Below are positions 5,133 through 10,697 of a DNA stretch of 10,697 bases, piece by piece (positions within the stretch are counted from its first letter, which is position 1; each line of letters begins with the position of its first letter). Made by a program: the position numbers and the translations under genes. The notes under the pieces are model-generated. The model did not search any database and was not told where the DNA came from. It worked only from the letters and a program-made list of their open reading frames with translations. Source of the stretch: Promethearchaeota archaeon (lineage in GTDB: Archaea; Asgardarchaeota; Lokiarchaeia; Sigyniarchaeales; SOKP01); the NCBI GenBank assembly GCA_048941265.1, contig JBHLNT010000147.1:1-10697 (forward strand), read 5' to 3'.

Positions 5133-7769
5133 ATGAATGAATCTGAAATATTATATAAAGATATATTTAATTCTTCACCTTTTTTGATTGGATTAATTAA
5201 TAAAGAAGGGATTTTAATCAATATTAATGATAAAGTTAAAGATTTCCTTTCTATCCATACGAAACAACAAATAATAGGGAAAAATTATATTGATATTCTA
5301 AGTTTAAATGAAAAAAATAAACCCCTTATTCCAATCTTTAAAGATTATTTTGAGAAAATCTTTAAAGGTGAAAAACAAGATTCTTTCGAATTTAAACTCT
5401 ATAGATCAATAGAAGGATATTTTTGGTGTAGATTTGATTGCTCCTTAGTGAAAATTGAAGAAGTAGAAATCATTCAATTTATGGTTCAAAATATTACAGA
5501 ATATAAAAAAATCGAAAATAATTTAAGAAGATCGGAAGATAGATTTAGAAGTTTGTTTAAAGGAAGTCCATTGTTTACTATAGCTTGGCAAAAAGTTGAC
5601 GATGATTTTATTTTACTTGATTATAATAATACTGCTGTGAATATGTATGGTCAAGTAAAGGATGATTTGGGAATAACTGCTTCTGAAATGTTTTTAAAAC
5701 GACAATCTCGACCAGATCTTTTTGAAGAACTAAATCGATGTTTCGAAGAAAAATCCACTTTTATAAAGGAAAAAAAGATTTACGTTCACTTTTTGAATAG
5801 AGAACGGGATTTTAGAATAATATGGAGTTATGTTCCATCAGACTTAGTATTAACATATCTCGAAGACATTACTGGAGTGAAAAGACAAGAACAAAAGCTA
5901 AAAACCTCTGAAGAGAAATTTAGACGGTTATTTAAAGGAGCACTATATTTCGCAGTTGCATGGCAAAAAGAAAATGATGATTTTATTCTATTTGATTATA
6001 ATGAAGGTGCCGAAAAGATCACTAAGGGGCAGATAAAAGAATATATAGGTAAAAGTGCTTTTGAATTATTTATAAAAGAGCAAAATAGGTCAGATCTCCT
6101 TGAAAATCTAAAAAAATGTTTTCAAGAAAAAACGAATTTCACTGTAGAACAAACTCAATATCTCGACTTTCTAAACAGAGATGTAGATCTTAGAGTAAAA
6201 TATACTTATGTCCCTCCGAATTTAGTCTTAACTCATTCTGAAGATATAACCTCAAGGAAAAAGGCTGAACAACAATTAAAGGCTTCTGAAGAGAAATTTA
6301 GACGGTTATTTAAAGGGAGTCCATACTTCACTGTAGCATGGCAAAAAAAAAAAGATGATTTTATTATAATTGATTTCAATGAGGGTGCCGAAAAGCTCGC
6401 TGTGAGGGAGACTAGGGATTATATGGGTAAAAGTGCTTTTGAACAATTTGTAAAGGAGCTAAATAGACCAGATCTCTTTGAAAATCTAAAAAAATGTTTT
6501 CAAGAAAAAATGAATTTCACTGTGGAACTTACCCAATATATTTACTTTCTAAAAAGAAATGTAGATTTTAGAGTAAAATACACATATATCCCTCCAAATT
6601 TAGTCTTAGCTAATTATGAAGATATAACTGAAAGGAAAAAGGCTGAACAAAAACTAAAAGAATCTGAAGCGAAATTTAGATCTGCATTTAACAATAGTGC
6701 AATAGCAATGACAATCAGCACAATTGAAGAGGGACGGATTATCGAAGTTAATGATGTTTTTTTACATGATCTCGGATATCAAAGAGAAGAGGTTATTGGC
6801 AAGACATCTAAAGAACTGAATTTGTGGGTGGAACGCAGTCAACGAGGATTAATGATGAAAACTATTAAAGAAACGGGAAGCATTATTAATGCACAATCTC
6901 AATATAGAACGAAAACAGGCGAACTAAAATACGGACTTTTTTCCATTAATAAAATTACTATTAATAGAAAACCCTACCTATTATTTATAGTGAATGATAT
7001 AACAGATCGGGTTGCAAACGATATAAAATTAAAAGAATCTGAGAAAAATTTAAGAGAAGCATATAACCGTGCAGAATTTTATAAAGATTTATTTGCCCAT
7101 GATATCAATAACATGTTGCAAAGCATTTTATCATCAAATCAGCTTATATCAATGTTATCTCCCTCTAAGGTAGAAAAAGAAAAATTTGGTGTATTTTTAG
7201 ATATAATTAGTTCTGAGGTCAATCGAGGCAAAAAATTAGTTAATAGCATTAAAAAACTTTCTCTAATTGAAGAAAAAGAAATTCTTCTCGAAAAAGTAGA
7301 AATATTGAGCATTTTAAAGAAATTAATCGACAAGACAAAAGATTCTGTTAATGATAAAAATCTTATAATTCAGATTGATTGCATAAAGGAGCAATGTTAT
7401 CTGCAAGCGAATAAATTAATTAAAGATGTATTTGAGAATATTATAATAAATTCAATAAGACATAATAAGAATGAGAATGTGGAGATTATAATTAGAATAT
7501 CAAGTCTTAAAGAAAATGGCATTAATTATTGCAAGCTGGAATTTATTGATAATGGGATTGGAATAAAAGATATTAGAAAGAGCGAAATATTTTACCGCGC
7601 GTCTCCGGAGAGAAAGAAAATATATGGAATAGGTTTAGGCTTATCGCTTGTAAATAAAATCATCGAAATGTATAAGGGAAAAATCTGGGTTGAAGATAGA
7701 GTAAAAGGAGATTATTCAAAAGGAAGTAATTTTATAATACTAATTCCCGAGGTGCAAATTAATGGTTAA
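5133..7769 (+). CDS. Soluble multi-PAS (5 PAS) sensor histidine kinase
   Basis: Repeated PAS-terminal DIT linkers and SEEKFR starts. H-box FAHDINN, N-box VFENIIINSIRH, G1 FIDNGIGI, G2 GIGLGL. No transmembrane segment. Confidence 0.95.
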   Translation: MNESEILYKDIFNSSPFLIGLINKEGILININDKVKDFLSIHTKQQIIGKNYIDILSLNEKNKPLIPIFKDYFEKIFKGEKQDSFEFKLYRSIEGYFWCRFDCSLVKIEEVEIIQFMVQNITEYKKIENNLRRSEDRFRSLFKGSPLFTIAWQKVDDDFILLDYNNTAVNMYGQVKDDLGITASEMFLKRQSRPDLFEELNRCFEEKSTFIKEKKIYVHFLNRERDFRIIWSYVPSDLVLTYLEDITGVKRQEQKLKTSEEKFRRLFKGALYFAVAWQKENDDFILFDYNEGAEKITKGQIKEYIGKSAFELFIKEQNRSDLLENLKKCFQEKTNFTVEQTQYLDFLNRDVDLRVKYTYVPPNLVLTHSEDITSRKKAEQQLKASEEKFRRLFKGSPYFTVAWQKKKDDFIIIDFNEGAEKLAVRETRDYMGKSAFEQFVKELNRPDLFENLKKCFQEKMNFTVELTQYIYFLKRNVDFRVKYTYIPPNLVLANYEDITERKKAEQKLKESEAKFRSAFNNSAIAMTISTIEEGRIIEVNDVFLHDLGYQREEVIGKTSKELNLWVERSQRGLMMKTIKETGSIINAQSQYRTKTGELKYGLFSINKITINRKPYLLFIVNDITDRVANDIKLKESEKNLREAYNRAEFYKDLFAHDINNMLQSILSSNQLISMLSPSKVEKEKFGVFLDIISSEVNRGKKLVNSIKKLSLIEEKEILLEKVEILSILKKLIDKTKDSVNDKNLIIQIDCIKEQCYLQANKLIKDVFENIIINSIRHNKNENVEIIIRISSLKENGINYCKLEFIDNGIGIKDIRKSEIFYRASPERKKIYGIGLGLSLVNKIIEMYKGKIWVEDRVKGDYSKGSNFIILIPEVQING
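5532..6662 (+). repeat. Three tandem intragenic PAS-encoding repeats (375, 378 and 378 nt)
   Basis: Units 5532-5906, 5907-6284 and 6285-6662. Units 2 and 3 share long identical DNA, for example TCTGAAGAGAAATTTAGACGGTTATTTAAAGG and TTGAAAATCTAAAAAAATGTTTTCAAGAAAAAA. Confidence 0.9.
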
Positions 7770-8124
7770 GGTATTTATAGTAGAAGATGAACCCCATATT
7801 CAATTCTTATATAAACAGATAATATCAATTTTAGGTTTTGAGGTAGTTGGTACAGCAAGTGACGGTGAAGAGGCCATCAACGTGTATAAATCATTTTCTA
7901 CCGAACCAGATCTTATTCTTATGGATCATCGTATGCCAAAAAAAAATGGTATTGAAGCAACAAAAGAGATTTTAAAAATAAGCAATCATACAAAAATTAT
8001 TTTTGTAAGTGCCGATAGTAGTATTATGGAAGAAGTTCTCTCTCTAGGGGTTGTTAGCTTTAAAGAAAAACCATTTACTATTGAAAAACTAAGGAGAAAT
8101 ATTGAAAAATATGTTTCTCAATAG
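7762..8124 (+). CDS. Stand-alone response regulator receiver (CheY-like)
   Basis: VEDE acidic pocket, LMDHRMP phosphoacceptor Asp, VSA and KPF. No output domain. Overlaps the kinase by 8 nt. Confidence 0.95.
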   Translation: MVKVFIVEDEPHIQFLYKQIISILGFEVVGTASDGEEAINVYKSFSTEPDLILMDHRMPKKNGIEATKEILKISNHTKIIFVSADSSIMEEVLSLGVVSFKEKPFTIEKLRRNIEKYVSQ

Positions 8125-8172
8125 AACATTCTTACTTACAAACATCGAAAAAAAAATATAGTATCCTGTATA

Positions 8173-8189
8173 TTTTTCAATTTTTTTTT
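8173..8189 (+). terminator. Oligo-T terminator candidate after the two-component operon
   Basis: TTTTTCAA followed by a long T run, about 50 nt after the receiver stop. Confidence 0.4.
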
Positions 8190-8254
8190 AGCTCTATTCA
8201 ATGAATTTTTCTAAACAAATAATAAGAAAAAATAAGTAAAATTAGTATTAATTT

Positions 8255-8271
8255 TAGGATAAATTATCCTA
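8255..8271. promoter_or_regulatory. Perfect palindrome upstream of the corrinoid operon, candidate operator
   Basis: TAGGATAA-A-TTATCCTA, 8-bp arms with a 1-nt spacer. A TATA-like TTTATAAA lies at 8317-8324. Confidence 0.5.
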
Positions 8272-8385
8272 TAGTTAACTCTTTTTATCTAATGTTAAAA
8301 TATATTTAAGATAAGATTTATAAATGAAAGAAGGATAAGGAAATAATAAATATCCAATATTAAATAATAAATTCAAATTTTTAAA

Positions 8386-8391
8386 AGGAGG
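8386..8391 (+). promoter_or_regulatory. Shine-Dalgarno RBS
   Basis: AGGAGG 7 nt upstream of the TTG start at 8399. Confidence 0.8.
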
Positions 8392-8398
8392 AATAATT

Positions 8399-9031
8399 TT
8401 GTCTGAGGATTTAGTAAGTTTAATAGTAGATTTATATGAGAAAGAAGCGATAGAGCTGGTTCAAAAGCAGGTGGAAACAGGGGAAGATCCTTTGAAAATT
8501 TTAGATAAGGTAAGAGTTGCAATGTCCAAGGTAGGAGAAAAGTTTGAGAACAAGGAGTTCTTCCTACCAGATCTGATCATGTCCGGTGAGATTCTAAGAC
8601 AGATAACCGAAATTTTAGAACCTAAACTTAAGGCTGGACCTAAAGCTGAAAGTTTAGGAAAAATAGTTTTAGGAACGGTTTTCGGTGATTTACATGACAT
8701 AGGTAAGGATATCGTAAAATTTATGTTGGAAACAAATGGATTTGAGGTTTATGATCTTGGCGTAGATGTATCAAAAGAAAAATTTGTGGAAAAAATAAAG
8801 GAAGTCAATCCAGAAATTATCGCTCTGAGTGGATTCTTAACTTTAGCATATGACTCTATGAAGGAAACTATAGAGGAAATCAAAAAAGCGGGTTTAAGAG
8901 AAAAATCGAAGATTATGATTGGAGGAGGTCAAATGGATGAAAGTATTAGGAATTATGTAGGTGCAGATGCTTATGGAAAAGACGCAGTTGAAGCAGTGGT
9001 CCTAGCAAAAAAATGGGTAGGTGCTAGTTAA
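8399..9031 (+). CDS. Corrinoid (B12-binding) methyl-carrier protein, MtbC/MttC/MetH B12-domain family
   Basis: N-terminal cap domain (VGEKFENKEFFLPDLIMSG), DxHxxG motif GDLHDIGK, DLGVDV, ALSGFLT, IMIGGG and GADAYGKDA. Confidence 0.95.
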   Translation: MSEDLVSLIVDLYEKEAIELVQKQVETGEDPLKILDKVRVAMSKVGEKFENKEFFLPDLIMSGEILRQITEILEPKLKAGPKAESLGKIVLGTVFGDLHDIGKDIVKFMLETNGFEVYDLGVDVSKEKFVEKIKEVNPEIIALSGFLTLAYDSMKETIEEIKKAGLREKSKIMIGGGQMDESIRNYVGADAYGKDAVEAVVLAKKWVGAS

Positions 9032-9053
9032 GAATCCTCACGAAAAAATTTAT

Positions 9054-9059
9054 AGGAGG
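9054..9059 (+). promoter_or_regulatory. Shine-Dalgarno RBS
   Basis: AGGAGG 9 nt upstream of ATG 9069. Confidence 0.8.
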
Positions 9060-9068
9060 GAACAAAAA

Positions 9069-10406
9069 ATGGAAGATAAATGGAAAGAGTTATCTACAGA
9101 TGAGAAACAGGAGGAAATGTTTAAAAGGTGGCTTTCGCCCCAAGGCATAGAGTTTACTAATCCTGAAGCCGAGAAGGCATATAAAGAAAGAGTAACGAGG
9201 ATAAAAGATGCGATTCAATTGAAAAAGAACCCTGATAGAGTCCCAGTAATGTTAATGCTTGGTTTTTTCCCTGCCTTTTATAGTGGAATAACCCCCAGAG
9301 AGGCTATGTATGACTATGATAAACTCCTTATGGCATGGAAAAAAATGATTTTAGATTTTAAACCTGATGCACATATTGGGTGTTTCGTACCTGGTCCAGG
9401 AAAACTTTTTGATATTCTTGATTACAAATTATATGCATGGCCTGGCCATGGAGCTTCCCCTAACCATTCATATCAGTGCCTTGAGAGTGATTACATGAAA
9501 GTGGATGAATATGATGCTTTTATTCAAGATCCATCAGGTTACTTCAGAAGCGTATATTTACCACGTGTATTTGGAGCATTAGATCCCCTTAAACAGTTAG
9601 CACCTCTCACTAATATAGTCGAATTACCATTCACCGGTGGCAATATTCTACCATATGGCCTGCCAGACGTTCAAGAAGCCCTTAAGGCCCTTATGGAAGC
9701 AGGAAGTGAAGCACTGAAATGGGCAGGGACACTTGGAGCGTATGATAAGGAGATGGCAGAAGCAGGGTTTCCTAACTTTTTTGGTGGAGCTTCAAAAGCA
9801 CCATATGATACTCTTGGCGATACTCTAAGAGGCACTAGAGGAATAATGCTTGATATATACCGGCAGCCTGATAAGGTACTTGAAGCTCTTAGAGTGATAA
9901 CCCCTTTAATGGTCAATATGGGAGTATCTATGGCGAAGATGAATGGAAATCCAATTGTATTTATACCTTTACATAAAGGTGCTGATGGTTTTCTTTCTGA
10001 TGAACAGTTTAAGACTTTTTACTGGCCTACCTTTAAGAAACTCCTTATGGGGTTAATTGAAGAAGGATGTGTACCATTTTCTTACGTTGAGGGCGGTTTT
10101 AACTCTCGGCTGGATGTCATTAAAGATGTACCTAAAGGTAAGGTTATATGGGCCTTTGATACAACAGATATGACTAGAGCAAAAGAAATATTAGGTTCTT
10201 CTGCCTGCATAGGGGGTAATATGCCCATCGCATTATTAAATATAGGTACACCCCAAGAAGTAAAAGATTATGCAAAGAAATTAATAGATACTGCTGGTAA
10301 AGATGGGGGCTACATAATGATGAACGGGGCTGTAATCGATGAGGCAAAGCCTGAGAATATTAAAGCTATGATTGATTTTACTAAAGAATACGGAGTATAT
10401 AAGTAA
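9069..10406 (+). CDS. UroD/MtaA-CmuA superfamily protein, probable corrinoid-dependent methyltransferase
   Basis: Motifs PDRVPV, LRGTRGIMLDIYRQPD, FLSDEQFKTFYWP, CIGGNMP, GTPQEVK, GGYIM and AKPENIKAM. Adjacent to the corrinoid protein. Start moved from 9021 to 9069 on the basis of the RBS. Confidence 0.88.
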   Translation: MEDKWKELSTDEKQEEMFKRWLSPQGIEFTNPEAEKAYKERVTRIKDAIQLKKNPDRVPVMLMLGFFPAFYSGITPREAMYDYDKLLMAWKKMILDFKPDAHIGCFVPGPGKLFDILDYKLYAWPGHGASPNHSYQCLESDYMKVDEYDAFIQDPSGYFRSVYLPRVFGALDPLKQLAPLTNIVELPFTGGNILPYGLPDVQEALKALMEAGSEALKWAGTLGAYDKEMAEAGFPNFFGGASKAPYDTLGDTLRGTRGIMLDIYRQPDKVLEALRVITPLMVNMGVSMAKMNGNPIVFIPLHKGADGFLSDEQFKTFYWPTFKKLLMGLIEEGCVPFSYVEGGFNSRLDVIKDVPKGKVIWAFDTTDMTRAKEILGSSACIGGNMPIALLNIGTPQEVKDYAKKLIDTAGKDGGYIMMNGAVIDEAKPENIKAMIDFTKEYGVYK

Positions 10407-10436
10407 AGGATTAATTCCTGCTACTAAAACAGTTAG

Positions 10437-10697
10437 TCACTTTACTTTAAACTCCACATATTTTTTTATTATATCTAAATCTTTAGAGCCTGAACCAGAT
10501 AAATTTACAACAACAATATCTTTTTTATTAAAATCACTTTTGATTTTTTCTAAATATGCTAATGCGTGTGAGCTTTCAAGGGCAGGAATAATTCCTTCTA
10601 AAAGCGATAGTTTCTTAAATGCCTCAAGCGTTTCATTATCTGTTGCTTCTCCAACTCTTAATCGATCCATTTCTTTTAAAAAACAGTGTTCTGGTCC
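10437..10697 (-). CDS. trpB: Tryptophan synthase beta subunit (TrpB1-like), C-terminal part (enters from the right edge)
   Basis: The frame is open to the edge: GPEHCFLKEMDRL...EGIIPALESSHALA...VVNLSGSGSKD. GPEH and EGIIPALESSHA are TrpB1 hallmarks. Confidence 0.9.
   Translation of the reverse strand, partial: GPEHCFLKEMDRLRVGEATDNETLEAFKKLSLLEGIIPALESSHALAYLEKIKSDFNKKDIVVVNLSGSGSKDLDIIKKYVEFKVK

Noticed and set aside
6343-6353. A11 homopolymer in the kinase as a phase-variation site
   Set aside because: It is in frame (QKKK), and long A runs are common in this Lys-rich, AT-rich DNA. No evidence without read-level length variation.
7139-7333. 64-aa minus-strand ORF
   Set aside because: Antisense shadow inside the histidine kinase.
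8125-8398. Cobalamin riboswitch upstream of the corrinoid operon
   Set aside because: The spacer is extremely AT-rich, with no GGGAA/B12-box elements or GC stems.
8461-8700. 79-aa minus-strand ORF
   Set aside because: Antisense shadow inside the corrinoid protein gene.
9671-9916. 81-aa minus-strand ORF
   Set aside because: Antisense shadow inside the UroD-family gene.
9069-10406. Annotation as true uroporphyrinogen decarboxylase (hemE)
   Set aside because: It lacks the RQAGR motif, is longer than HemE and is paired with a corrinoid protein.
1-10697. CRISPR array, tRNA/rRNA gene, IS element or integrase
   Set aside because: No repeat-spacer periodicity, cloverleaf or rRNA-like GC-rich segment, or transposase/recombinase ORF was seen.

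Overview
AT-rich prokaryotic window, most likely archaeal and possibly Asgard/Lokiarchaeia-like. That assignment is an inference from TATA-like boxes, oligo-T tracts after genes, mostly absent Shine-Dalgarno motifs and a multi-PAS kinase with a stand-alone receiver. Minus strand: 3' end of trpB (right edge), a truncated and decayed trpA copy, intact trpA, and the start of a class I SAM methyltransferase (left edge). Plus strand: ABC-2-type ATPase and permease, an unknown polytopic membrane protein, a five-PAS histidine kinase with a CheY-like receiver, and a corrinoid protein plus UroD/MtaA-family methyltransferase pair with bacterial-style RBSs. The main unannotated signal is a 23-codon ORF upstream of trpA (1176-1247, minus; MTELNKNCDFYKITWFWIWRWHA) with four Trp codons, followed by two hairpins and a U10 tract. 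This resembles a TrpL-type leader-peptide attenuator. A second copy lies upstream of the trpA pseudogene, with two Trp codons mutated to stops.
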